This document shows, in pieces, positions 19,234 to 28,406 of a stretch of DNA of 64,000 bases. The stretch covers positions 143,460 to 207,459 of the forward strand of contig JACOQA010000003.1 in the NCBI GenBank assembly GCA_014297435.1, written 5' to 3'. The position numbers and the translations under genes are program-made. The stretch comes from Candidatus Nanohaloarchaea archaeon (GTDB taxonomy: Archaea; Nanohalarchaeota; Nanosalinia; Nanosalinales; Nanosalinaceae). Every line of letters starts with the position of its first letter. Positions within the stretch are counted from its first letter, which is position 1. Under the pieces are notes generated by a model that saw only the letters and a program-made list of their open reading frames with translations, was not told the origin of the DNA and ran no database searches.

Positions 19234-20160
19234 ATGAACTGGACTGCTGATGATTTACCGGATTTGAAAAGCAAGAAAATCATAGTTACAGGTGCGAACT
19301 CAGGACTTGGATTTGAGGCAGCTAAAGAGTTTGTCCTGAAAGGCGCAACAGTTATTATGGCATGTAGAAACATGGAAAAAGCTGAGGAAGCTGCTGAAGA
19401 GATCAAATCCGAAGATCTCGAAGGCTCACTCGACGTTTTGGAGCTTGATCTTGCCTCACTTAAATCTATCGAAAGCTTTGCCGAAGAATACAGAAAGAAT
19501 CATAATGAACTCCATGTTCTCTGCAACAACGCCGGTGTTATGGCTATTCCTCGAAAGGAGACTGAGAATGGTTTCGAGTACCAGTTCGGAGTTAACCACT
19601 TAGGGCATTTTGCGTTGACATCTGAGCTAGTAGAATTGCTTGAAAAAACAGAGGGCGAGACAAGAGTGGTGAATCAGAGCTCCGGGCTTCATGAGAGCGG
19701 AAGCCTTGACTTTGATGACTTGATGCTTGAAGACAATTACGATAAGTGGAAGGCTTACGGCAACTCGAAACTTGCGAACATTCTGTTCACTAAAGAGCTT
19801 GATAGAAGACTAAAGGAAAACGATCTGAATATTCGATCAGTTGCTTGCCATCCCGGATATGCCTCCACCAATCTTCAATATAAGGGACCGGAAGAGAGCG
19901 GAAGCAGATTAAGGTTGCTGGGAATGAAAGTAGCTAACAGTTTGTTCGCTCAGAGCGCGGCTAAAGGAGCTCTACCTATGCTTTATGCATCTACATCGCC
20001 TGATGTTCAAGGCGGCGAGTATATCGGACCTGGAGGCTTCAGGAATATGAGAGGTTATCCTGAGAAACAACAGCCTTCAAATGAAGCTCGAGACCTAGAA
20101 GTAGCAGAAAAACTTTGGAATAGATCTGAAGACTTGACAGGAAAGAGCTTCAATATTTAG
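19234..20160 (+). CDS. Short-chain dehydrogenase/reductase (retinol-DH/WWOX-like)
   Basis: TGANSGLG, NNAGVM, YGNSK, HPG motifs. Confidence 0.93.
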   Translation: MNWTADDLPDLKSKKIIVTGANSGLGFEAAKEFVLKGATVIMACRNMEKAEEAAEEIKSEDLEGSLDVLELDLASLKSIESFAEEYRKNHNELHVLCNNAGVMAIPRKETENGFEYQFGVNHLGHFALTSELVELLEKTEGETRVVNQSSGLHESGSLDFDDLMLEDNYDKWKAYGNSKLANILFTKELDRRLKENDLNIRSVACHPGYASTNLQYKGPEESGSRLRLLGMKVANSLFAQSAAKGALPMLYASTSPDVQGGEYIGPGGFRNMRGYPEKQQPSNEARDLEVAEKLWNRSEDLTGKSFNI

Positions 20161-20231
20161 ATACGTACCCCTAATTTTCTTACTTTAGTTCTCAGACAAT
20201 AAACAAGTAATATGTAGAACAGGACACGGCT

Positions 20232-20780
20232 TTAGTACAAGCCTCCCTGTAGACTTGATTCTACGGTTTCCTCCAACCGATTGTAAGCATTTTCATCTAC
20301 AGGATGTTCCTTAGGATCCAGACCCCGTGAAATAGGAAGGAAAATCTGTTCAACTACGTTTTTGGCGGCATTTTCAGCTTCCTCGACTTTTTCTACAGCT
20401 TGCTCTACCTCTTCAACCCTGCGCATATCACCTAGTTCCGCCATCAAACATTTGGTCTGGACTACAGACATGTTTTCAGGCTCTCCGAGAGCAGAGTAGG
20501 CTTCTCCAACCGGAATACCGGATTCTGTTAAATAATTCTTTTGATCTAGCTCGTCCTGAAGGTTCTCATATGCATCAACTGCCTTCCCCAAATTCTGATC
20601 CGAGTAATCTCCTTCATTTATGCCATATGGAAGATCTTCTAGCTCTCCTACCATCGATCTCAAGCTCTCAGCTTTATGCTGGTTCAGAGGTTCAAGTTCG
20701 TCAATAGCAGTATATAGATTGTCTATTGCGGCTTCTGCACCGGTTTTGGTATAACCCGGAAGGGCGATCATTGAGCTCAC
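20232..20780 (-). CDS. Orphan acidic helical protein
   Basis: 182-aa ORF with the shared upstream palindrome. Confidence 0.7.
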   Translation of the reverse strand: MSSMIALPGYTKTGAEAAIDNLYTAIDELEPLNQHKAESLRSMVGELEDLPYGINEGDYSDQNLGKAVDAYENLQDELDQKNYLTESGIPVGEAYSALGEPENMSVVQTKCLMAELGDMRRVEEVEQAVEKVEEAENAAKNVVEQIFLPISRGLDPKEHPVDENAYNRLEETVESSLQGGLY

Positions 20781-20789
20781 ACATTAGAT

Positions 20790-20807
20790 TGTTACTCTAG
20801 AGTTATA
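20790..20807. promoter_or_regulatory. Operator candidate TGTTAC-TCTAGA-GTTATA
   Basis: Overlaps the minus-strand TATA (TTTATAA), 9 nt from start 20780. Confidence 0.6.
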
Positions 20808-20829
20808 AACGTATTGTTTCTCCCTTCAA

Positions 20830-21237
20830 TCAGAATATAACTTCCGACCTCAACCTTTCTCTCAACTCTTTCATGTCAAGAGGAAGCTCCGTAGGATCCA
20901 AGAATATTATATCCTCAATTACACGACCCATACACTCTGCCTGAAGATAACGTTGAACTTTGCTTTTCCTGTCGCCAGGAGAAAGATTGGTTTCAACCTC
21001 ATAGATGTGTGCTGTATCCGCATCGATGACATCAACAATCCATCCGTTCGGAACCTCAACTTCTGTCCTTACTTCGTGTCCTTCTTCCGCTAGAATGTTG
21101 TAGATCGCGGACTTGACCATGAAATGGCGGTACTCGTCGCCGTGCCTGTTGACACCCGATTTCTTGTTCCACTCCTTGTGACCGCCGCATTTCTCTATTA
21201 TACCCATCTTCTGTTTGAACAGTTCTTTCTTATTCAC
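20830..21237 (-). CDS. Hypothetical protein, PD-(D/E)xK nuclease-like
   Basis: H...K...GHEVRTEV...IVDVID...IYEVET pattern. Confidence 0.55.
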   Translation of the reverse strand: MNKKELFKQKMGIIEKCGGHKEWNKKSGVNRHGDEYRHFMVKSAIYNILAEEGHEVRTEVEVPNGWIVDVIDADTAHIYEVETNLSPGDRKSKVQRYLQAECMGRVIEDIIFLDPTELPLDMKELRERLRSEVIF

Positions 21238-21293
21238 CGGTTACTCCTCTAAGAAAAAATTGGCAGGGATGCTTAACAGAGTAAAGGTTTTTC

Positions 21294-21638
21294 TCAGTTA
21301 GCGGCATCAGCTGTAACGTTTAACTCTTGCGAATTTTCAGGTATCTCAACATCTATACTGAAACGTCTTCTTTCACCCTGTTTCATGTTCGCAGTCTCAG
21401 AAAACTCGCCAAGCACCACCTCATTTGAGTCAAGGAACTGAGCAGTAACCTCAACCTCTCCAGCCGAACCGTTGTTGAGAACGGTTGCGGTAACTGTCGC
21501 ATCGTTCCCTATAAGGCTCTCTAAGGTTCCCTGTTCGAGACTAGAGCTTTCAACAATAGGATCTGGAACCGTTGCACCGCATCCAGCAGCCACGACAGGT
21601 AAAGCTAAAGCCAGTAAAACACCGATCTGCGTTTCCAT
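21294..21638 (-). CDS. Lipoprotein with FxLYD/Ig-like domain
   Basis: Lipobox VAAGC; V.N.G...V.VTAQFLD. Confidence 0.7.
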   Translation of the reverse strand: METQIGVLLALALPVVAAGCGATVPDPIVESSSLEQGTLESLIGNDATVTATVLNNGSAGEVEVTAQFLDSNEVVLGEFSETANMKQGERRRFSIDVEIPENSQELNVTADAAN

Positions 21639-21751
21639 ATCCTGTTAACAGAGCCTACATAAAAATTGATTATTCCACTAAATAACATATTCTCGAGAGG
21701 TAGAGAAAGCAGGTTTCTTAAGAGTTAGAACCACTGGTTTCTATAGAGTTC

Positions 21752-21911
21752 AGCCCCCTGGTGTAGTGGCCAAACCAAACTGATACTCCGGTTTGGGGTA
21801 ATTCATAGCGGCCTTTGGAACCTCAAGTTCTAGCTGAACGGGGATTAAGAAGATCTCTTGGTCTTCGATCGAAGATAGCCGCTGACCCAGGTTCGAATCC
21901 TGGGGGGGCTA
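21752..21911 (+). tRNA. tRNA-Gln(TTG) with introns at 21774-21802 (D loop) and 21819-21876 (37/38, apparently nested)
   Basis: Joining exons 21752-21773, 21803-21818 and 21877-21911 gives a canonical cloverleaf whose acceptor and D arms are identical to tRNA-Gln(CTG); BHB-like junctions. Confidence 0.9.
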
Positions 21912-21973
21912 TAAACTATCAGTTAGATTACCATGGTCAATAATGATGTAATAGTTACCACGAATTTTCTCAC

Positions 21974-22681
21974 ATGGAAATCTTGAATTTACTTCTTTCT
22001 GCCAAACTTCTGACATTAGCAGGTGCTATAGTAACTTTAAGCATATATTACCAGAGAAGATTCACAACAAGAAGTAGAATAGCGGATGCATTCCTACAGG
22101 AAGTGGGGAAAAATAGAGAAGGCATCAAAAACCTGAAACCCCATCTCAAACAGGCAAACATAACTCATGAAAAGCAAGTTCCTCTTCCTGGAAAATTTGA
22201 TTATCTGCCTGATGGGACTAAACTGCAGCGAACCGTTCCTGCATACTGGTTTCCAAAATACGAGAAAGGAGATATACCTCCTTCTTCTCGAATTTCAACC
22301 GCTGTATATAACGGGAACGCCTCTGAAATAACTCGATTCAGAAAATCAACCACCAATAAGCTGATAGACTATTACTACGATATAGAATTCATCAAATCAC
22401 TTATAGACAGATTGCATAAAGGTGAAGAACTAGCTCCTGCCGCCTATGGAGTTTTACCAACCAAAATCAACGACCTCACTCAAATAGAAGACTTGGAAAA
22501 GCTCTTGAAAACTGAGAAACGACGATTCCCTCGCTTACAGCGTCTGTTAAGAATCAGTAAGAGCAGATTAACTTCAAAGATTCCGGAACTCCATAGATTC
22601 CAGCCAAACAACCGCATTAATAGTGATAGCGAGAACCTCAGAGAGTCACACATTCTCTTTCAGAAAACCGATAGATTCTAA
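21974..22681 (+). CDS. Hypothetical protein with N-terminal TM helix (basic, atypical composition)
   Basis: 235-aa ORF; not acidic like core genes, suggesting foreign origin. Confidence 0.6.
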   Translation: MEILNLLLSAKLLTLAGAIVTLSIYYQRRFTTRSRIADAFLQEVGKNREGIKNLKPHLKQANITHEKQVPLPGKFDYLPDGTKLQRTVPAYWFPKYEKGDIPPSSRISTAVYNGNASEITRFRKSTTNKLIDYYYDIEFIKSLIDRLHKGEELAPAAYGVLPTKINDLTQIEDLEKLLKTEKRRFPRLQRLLRISKSRLTSKIPELHRFQPNNRINSDSENLRESHILFQKTDRF

Positions 22682-22736
22682 GACCTCCACTATATAACTC
22701 GGAGTTCGGTGACCGATTCGGTGCAAGTTAAAGCTA

Positions 22737-24056
22737 ATGGTCGCACCCGTTCCCAACACGATGGCAGCAGGCGACCCTAACGACTTCGACGAAAAACTGG
22801 CAAGCTCAATACAGAAGATAAAGACCTCCGACCAAATAAGCGAACACAACAAAGATGTTCTACTCGACTTCCACCAATTTCTAGAAGAAGACGGCTTATC
22901 TACAGGAAGAATTGAAAGGCCTCTTACTATCTGGAGAATTATACTGGTTCAGGGAAAAGAAGATTTCAAGCTAGATGAACCAGCAGAAGAAGACATCAAA
23001 CGAGTAGCAAAGAAGATCACGAACGGCGATCGAGAAGATGAAGACTTAATAGACGGAAAAGACAGAATTAAAGAAATGTCCGTAGGAACGCAAAGAGAGT
23101 ATCTAAAAGCTGTAAGAAAACTTGTTACAGGATACCTTGAGGATCGTAAAAGCAACTTCAAAGGTGAAAACCTGATTAACTTCACTCTTCCAAGCGAAGA
23201 AAAGCTACTGGAACCAGAAAAACTGCCACGCCCAGAACATATAGAACAAATGCTGAATAATGTAGAGAGCCTGAAGGTTAGAAACAAGGCTCTCATAATG
23301 ACTCTATGGGGTTCAGGTGGAAGAATATCGGAAGTGCTTAGCCTGAAATGGAAAGATGTTAACCTCTCAGACCAAGGCGGAATACTTCACTTCAGAGATA
23401 CAAAGAGAGGCGGCAAGAACAAGAAAACACATCGAAAAGTCCCTCTACTCGAAGGATATATTTACCTCCAACAGCTAAGAAACCATCACGAAGACGCAGA
23501 TGACCCAGAAGGATTTGTATTCCAGAACAGCCAGACAGGCGAACAACTCAAATCCTCAGCAGTCCGCAGACTACTTAATAGAATCCAAGAGAGGACAGAA
23601 ATGCCTGAAGAAATACGGACTAATCCGCACGCTATCCGTAAAGGTAAAGCTCGATACCTAGCGATGAAGGGATGGGAATACACCGACCTGTGTAAATTCT
23701 TCGGCTGGGAACTTGGAAGCTCAGTGCCAAAACGCTACATTAGACTCGCTGACGGAGACCTACAAATGAGAGCCAAAAAATTCTCCCGCAACCACAGAGT
23801 AGAGGAAGAAGAACTCAAAGAAGGCTACCACTTCGAACCCGTAAAGTGCCCTAGTTGCGGAGAACTACAGAGATGGGACAACAACACCTGCGAATGTGGA
23901 GAAGAGCTTACGGAAAGTGCCTACTTCGACCATGTCCGCATCGAAGAAACCACGCAGAAACTGCAGGCAGAAATTATCAAAGACCAGGTAGGACTCGACG
24001 ACGAGCAAATAAATGAAAAGGCGAAGGAACTGGTCAAGGAGGCGAAGACACTGTAA
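22737..24056 (+). CDS. Tyrosine recombinase/integrase with C-terminal zinc ribbon
   Basis: Catalytic R (GGRISE), K (DTK), HxxR (HAIR), W (FGW), Y (KRYIR); CPSCG...CECG; start may be 22761. Confidence 0.92.
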   Translation: MVAPVPNTMAAGDPNDFDEKLASSIQKIKTSDQISEHNKDVLLDFHQFLEEDGLSTGRIERPLTIWRIILVQGKEDFKLDEPAEEDIKRVAKKITNGDREDEDLIDGKDRIKEMSVGTQREYLKAVRKLVTGYLEDRKSNFKGENLINFTLPSEEKLLEPEKLPRPEHIEQMLNNVESLKVRNKALIMTLWGSGGRISEVLSLKWKDVNLSDQGGILHFRDTKRGGKNKKTHRKVPLLEGYIYLQQLRNHHEDADDPEGFVFQNSQTGEQLKSSAVRRLLNRIQERTEMPEEIRTNPHAIRKGKARYLAMKGWEYTDLCKFFGWELGSSVPKRYIRLADGDLQMRAKKFSRNHRVEEEELKEGYHFEPVKCPSCGELQRWDNNTCECGEELTESAYFDHVRIEETTQKLQAEIIKDQVGLDDEQINEKAKELVKEAKTL

Positions 24057-24113
24057 GTAGATAATAGTGCGATAATCCAAAGCTATTTGCTACTACCGAC
24101 CAAACTACAACCT

Positions 24114-25568
24114 ATGCCTGACACAAACATCCCTACCGAGATTATACTGGAATTCTTGGAAGAGCAAGACTCTGAAATACGAGAGCGATACCAGAAATTT
24201 CGTGAAACAGAGTTAGCAGACGACGAAATCAAAATGACTGCTCTCGATAGAATAGGGACAGGCGAAGAAAAAGAACTATTTCCATTCCTGCTAAATACAG
24301 AAATTGGTATTCAGCAGTTTCAAGCGAGAAACTTTGAACTCATACCGACGGATTTCCTCTATTCCACAGGACTTTGCTTCTTCATATCAACCCTTGAAGA
24401 CCACACCATAGTTAGCCCTAACGGAGAAGAACTAAATAGAAGCCTATCAGACTTATACGGAGCAGAAATAATCTCCGACCCAGAAGATTTCTGGAATGTC
24501 TACTACGAAATGGAAGTCGCAAACACGCTTGTAAATGGAGGACTTAAGGCATACCCTATCGATGAAACTGCTGTAGAAGGAAATGGTGCGGATGTCCTGG
24601 TGAGAGAAAACGGAAGAGAGTTCTGGGTAGAATGCAAGAACAAAAGGAAATCAACACCTCACGAGTGGGATTTGGAAAGGTTAAGCAAGGAAGTAGCGGA
24701 TTCTGTATGGAGAGACCACGACCTGCTTTCAAAAATTGGAGAAGACAGTTTTGCGGTTAAAATATCTGGCTCGGACGATTTTTCCGACGAAATCTTAAAC
24801 AACCAACAGAATCGGCAGAAGTTCATCGAACTCGCAAGCGAAAAAGTCTCAAATCTGATTGAAAATAGAAAATCAGATACTAAAATAGAATTCAAAGGAT
24901 TCTCCCTCAAAATAGAGCTTATAGATTACTATGAGGGACGCTATAAAGTGGTGCTTGAGTCTGAACAAATGGAAGCTCTAAATAATAGAGGTAAGGTAGA
25001 AAAGGTCGTCAATCCTTTCCAGCACTTGGATTTCAACCCAGATGTTTTGGACGGAAACGGGCACGCCTATCCTTATATGGAAAAAACGGATAATGGAGAG
25101 GCTGTAGAAATATTCAACGCCTGTGCTTTCGTCCTTGATATCCCGTGGGATATACCATATCACCGCTGGGTCTACTCCACAATCAAAGATGTTAGAAAGC
25201 AGCACTCCGACCATTCTAACCTAATTATTTTCACGAAGATTCCTACTGGAGTGGTGAAGCAAATGATGAGGGAAGACGCTTCAGAACCTAATCATAATGG
25301 AGACATAGTCAAGAAGTGGGAAAGGCTTGAAGAAAAGATTATAGGCATATTTGGTCAAACTGACAGAGTTAAAGCCGTAGTTCTTACAACAGATATTGTT
25401 CAAGTAAGAGGGAAAAGTCAAAATCTCAGGAATCCTGTGAAACCTATCTACAATAGAAATGTTAAAGACCAGATACCAGACAAATTAGTTGAGATTTTGG
25501 ATGACAAGCCTCAGATAGAGAATACATTAAGAAACGCTAAGCTCGATGGTATACCTAAAGAGCGTTAA
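24114..25568 (+). CDS. Hypothetical protein with PD-(D/E)xK restriction-endonuclease-like domain
   Basis: YYEMEVA...GADVLV...FWVECK motif. Confidence 0.65.
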   Translation: MPDTNIPTEIILEFLEEQDSEIRERYQKFRETELADDEIKMTALDRIGTGEEKELFPFLLNTEIGIQQFQARNFELIPTDFLYSTGLCFFISTLEDHTIVSPNGEELNRSLSDLYGAEIISDPEDFWNVYYEMEVANTLVNGGLKAYPIDETAVEGNGADVLVRENGREFWVECKNKRKSTPHEWDLERLSKEVADSVWRDHDLLSKIGEDSFAVKISGSDDFSDEILNNQQNRQKFIELASEKVSNLIENRKSDTKIEFKGFSLKIELIDYYEGRYKVVLESEQMEALNNRGKVEKVVNPFQHLDFNPDVLDGNGHAYPYMEKTDNGEAVEIFNACAFVLDIPWDIPYHRWVYSTIKDVRKQHSDHSNLIIFTKIPTGVVKQMMREDASEPNHNGDIVKKWERLEEKIIGIFGQTDRVKAVVLTTDIVQVRGKSQNLRNPVKPIYNRNVKDQIPDKLVEILDDKPQIENTLRNAKLDGIPKER

Positions 25569-25798
25569 ATTATGTCATAGATGTCGATCCCCCATTTCTC
25601 ACATTTTTTCTTTAATTCCGTGGCCTGTTTACGGACTTCCTTTTCCTTTTCCTTTCGAAGCTGTCTGTGCCTGTCCATCTCCTCGACAGCAGTATGATAT
25701 GCTTCTCCGACCTGCTTATTGCCCAGGTTGTTCTTCTCCAGCAGCTTCTTGTCGGTCTTGGTGATGTGGATGCTTGTTGTGCCTGTGTCAAAGCCCAT
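25565..25798 (-). CDS. Small hypothetical protein, possibly ribbon-helix-helix-like plus coiled coil
   Basis: 77 aa; TTSIHIT..DKKLL strand-helix pattern; TATA upstream. Confidence 0.55.
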   Translation of the reverse strand: MGFDTGTTSIHITKTDKKLLEKNNLGNKQVGEAYHTAVEEMDRHRQLRKEKEKEVRKQATELKKKCEKWGIDIYDII

Positions 25799-26035
25799 AG
25801 AAAGTCAGACCGTATATTAGGCCTTAAACCTAATGGGTTGAAACAGAAAAACCAATTTTAGAAAACTCCTTTCAGCCAAATGCCTGGAAAAGCTACAGAA
25901 GAAAGGTTGAAACTGCTACAATTACCAAGGTAGATACACTGAAAGAGGGTAGAAAACTGCGAACCTAATACCTTCCGAAGCTCCAGACCTAATAGAATCA
26001 CGGTTTCCCGTAAACAGTTCTATGCTTCAGCTAGT

Positions 26036-27424
26036 TCAAGATACTTTCTCGTACGAACCTATTCCTGCTTCTGCTGCTATGTCTAATCCTTCGTTGTCGC
26101 TGGTCATGAATAGTCTGCCCTGTGAATTGTATTCTATCCATTTTCTGTCGAAGATGTAGGTGTCGAGTTCTTCTCTTACTTCTCTGGCTTCTGCCATCAC
26201 ATCGTGGTCTTCCATCATTTCTTCTACTTCATCTTCGCTCGGGCTGCCGACTTCGACATCTTCTGCATACCAGCCTTCAGAACTCATATCAGTTTTCATA
26301 GACTGTCTGATGTAGCTTTCAGTATATTCGTCTTCCATCCCTTCTGCTACTGTTTCTCTCAAGACATCGGCAGCTTCAAGCTTCATCAAGGCAGGTATAG
26401 CGTTGTCGTTGACATGGTATGAGCCTTCTATTTCAGAGAAAGTGTCTTCTATCTCTGGTGCTAACTTGACAGCTTGGTTGATTGTCTGTTCTGCGTATTC
26501 TTCTGGTGTGAGGTTGTAGTCGAATGCTTCCAGAAGTTCTTCTCCGAGTTGTTCAGCTTTTCCTCTGTATTCGTCTATGTGCTGGTTGATATGGTTTAGT
26601 CTCTTTTCTTTCATCCATCTGGGTGCGTCATGGTCTGATTCTGCCCAGGGCATTCCACTTTCTGTTGTTACAGGTTCTTTTTCCAGAATACGGTCTTCAT
26701 CCTTTCTTGCGATATTATCCATTAAGTCCGGGACTTCATTCCATTCTTCCATGTCTGCGTGGAATGGTGCTACTGCTCTTGCTATGTCTGTTCCTGTGGT
26801 TCTTTGTATGTATTCGTTGCTGAATTCTGCACTTCTTACGGACTCATTTCTTTTGTTTCGAATTATTTCTCGGTAGAACTGTTCTGTTCCTGGTTCTACA
26901 TCGAATGTTGGTATGTTTTCGTTTCGGTTTAGCCAGGCTTCTATTGGTCCTTCTGGAATGGATTCTACGGTTTCTGCTGGCATATTGACTCGGAGCATGT
27001 GGTTCTGGTCATCGTGCCTATAGTCTACGGTGAACCCTGTGATTGACATTTCTTCAGGTCGTGAAGCGTATTTTTCTGCTATTGTAGTGTGGTCTGCTAC
27101 TTCTTCGGCTATCTCTTTTAGGAATGGTTGGACTCTTTGTGGTGGTCCGTCTTCCCATTCTTCTTCTGACCATTCTTCGTTCCAGTCGAGGTCTGGGTCT
27201 GCTGCTTTCACATCGCCCAGCATTTTTCGGATGTGGGCTTTCATCAATCTGTCTTTTTCTTGTTCTGGATTTTCAAGACTATTACGCCGAGCTTGAACTG
27301 CGTTAACTGTGTTGTCTAAGTTTTGTGAGAACTTGTCGTCTGACATTAGTCGATGCCAGCTTGGGTGCTGTTCTAACGGCTGGAAGTAGCCGTTTATGTC
27401 TTCTCTCGTTAAATCCAGAATCAT
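26036..27424 (-). CDS. Orphan acidic protein
   Basis: 462-aa ORF with GGTGA ribosome-binding site. Confidence 0.75.
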   Translation of the reverse strand: MILDLTREDINGYFQPLEQHPSWHRLMSDDKFSQNLDNTVNAVQARRNSLENPEQEKDRLMKAHIRKMLGDVKAADPDLDWNEEWSEEEWEDGPPQRVQPFLKEIAEEVADHTTIAEKYASRPEEMSITGFTVDYRHDDQNHMLRVNMPAETVESIPEGPIEAWLNRNENIPTFDVEPGTEQFYREIIRNKRNESVRSAEFSNEYIQRTTGTDIARAVAPFHADMEEWNEVPDLMDNIARKDEDRILEKEPVTTESGMPWAESDHDAPRWMKEKRLNHINQHIDEYRGKAEQLGEELLEAFDYNLTPEEYAEQTINQAVKLAPEIEDTFSEIEGSYHVNDNAIPALMKLEAADVLRETVAEGMEDEYTESYIRQSMKTDMSSEGWYAEDVEVGSPSEDEVEEMMEDHDVMAEAREVREELDTYIFDRKWIEYNSQGRLFMTSDNEGLDIAAEAGIGSYEKVS

Positions 27425-27482
27425 CTTTCTTCACCTTATTTTTTGTTGTGGAGAGTGATTACTACTTGTTCAATTCTCTGCA

Positions 27483-28043
27483 TTATTCTCCTACAGTCCA
27501 AGACCTTTCTCCTGTAACTTCTTCCCGTGCATCTTTAACACTCATTCCTTCTTCAACAAGTTCCATAATCTCTCGATGTTCTGGGTTGATGTCTATGTCC
27601 GGGCTTGGAAGTTCGATGCCGTGTTCTTCGTAAGCTGCTTTTCTCACATCAAGGTATCTTCTCTTGGCATCGTATGCATTTTCGGTATCAGGCCAGTCGT
27701 TTTCTGTAAAGTCTTCCATTACTTGTCTCTCTGGGTCTTCATCCCCTGCTGTTACTGGTCTTTGCCCAGCAAGGAACTCTGCTCCTGAGTCGTATCCATG
27801 TTCCTCAAGCAGTTCTCCGAACTCGTCAATTACATCGTGTTCTTGAAGCTGCTCACTAACTTCGTCCAAAGCTTCATCGAGTTCTTCGTAAACCTCTTTA
27901 GCCTTTTCGGCAGGTCTTTTGACATGTTCTTCATCAACTTCTCCTTCATCATACATCTCAAGACGGCTTTCAACTTCACCTGTATAGAACTCTAATTCAT
28001 CTGCTGTTTCGTCCAAGTATTCTTGTTCAACGAAGTCTGCCAT
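27483..28043 (-). CDS. Orphan acidic protein
   Basis: 186-aa ORF with the shared upstream palindrome. Confidence 0.75.
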   Translation of the reverse strand: MADFVEQEYLDETADELEFYTGEVESRLEMYDEGEVDEEHVKRPAEKAKEVYEELDEALDEVSEQLQEHDVIDEFGELLEEHGYDSGAEFLAGQRPVTAGDEDPERQVMEDFTENDWPDTENAYDAKRRYLDVRKAAYEEHGIELPSPDIDINPEHREIMELVEEGMSVKDAREEVTGERSWTVGE

Positions 28044-28045
28044 AT

Positions 28046-28063
28046 TGTGACTTTAAAGTGGCA
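28046..28063. promoter_or_regulatory. Operator candidate TGTGAC-TTTAAA-GTGGCA
   Basis: 2 nt from ATG 28043; between it and the minus-strand TATA CTTAAAAG (28068-28075). Confidence 0.55.
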
Positions 28064-28406
28064 AAATCTTTTAAGTGCTTCCCTACGAAAGGGAGTTCTT
28101 CTGTAACTTTATAATGAAAACAGGAGAGAAAACACCTGTGAGGCTCTGAAAAGAGCTTTTTGGAGAATGATAATTATGTTAGAAGAATTAATCCAAAATA
28201 CAGAACGAGTTGTTTCTGAAAGCCAAAGTGGCTTGATCCTCATCAAAGCATTCTACTTGCTCGAAATAACTCATAAACTCTAATTTTAACCAAAAAATTT
28301 AAACGTTATCTTGAGGTGGCAACATAAACGGATCTTGGAGTCAATTCTCCTAGCTCAACAGCTAGAGTAACTCATTTGTATAAAGATTCCAAACCCGAAA
28401 TAGTTT

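Larger units (their letters stand above)
21974..26000. mobile_element. Integrase-bearing islet next to tRNA-Gln(TTG); boundaries uncertain
   Basis: tRNA-adjacent tyrosine recombinase, nuclease-like gene and small convergent gene; no att duplication found. Confidence 0.5.

Noticed and set aside
19091-21911. The two tRNA-Gln genes as attL/attR of one element
   Set aside because: Both are complete tRNAs with different anticodons and arms; the shared 5' sequence is explained by isoacceptor homology.
28100-28350. AT-rich spacer with a ~35-codon ORF
   Set aside because: Too short, no recognisable motif, and no att-like sequence.
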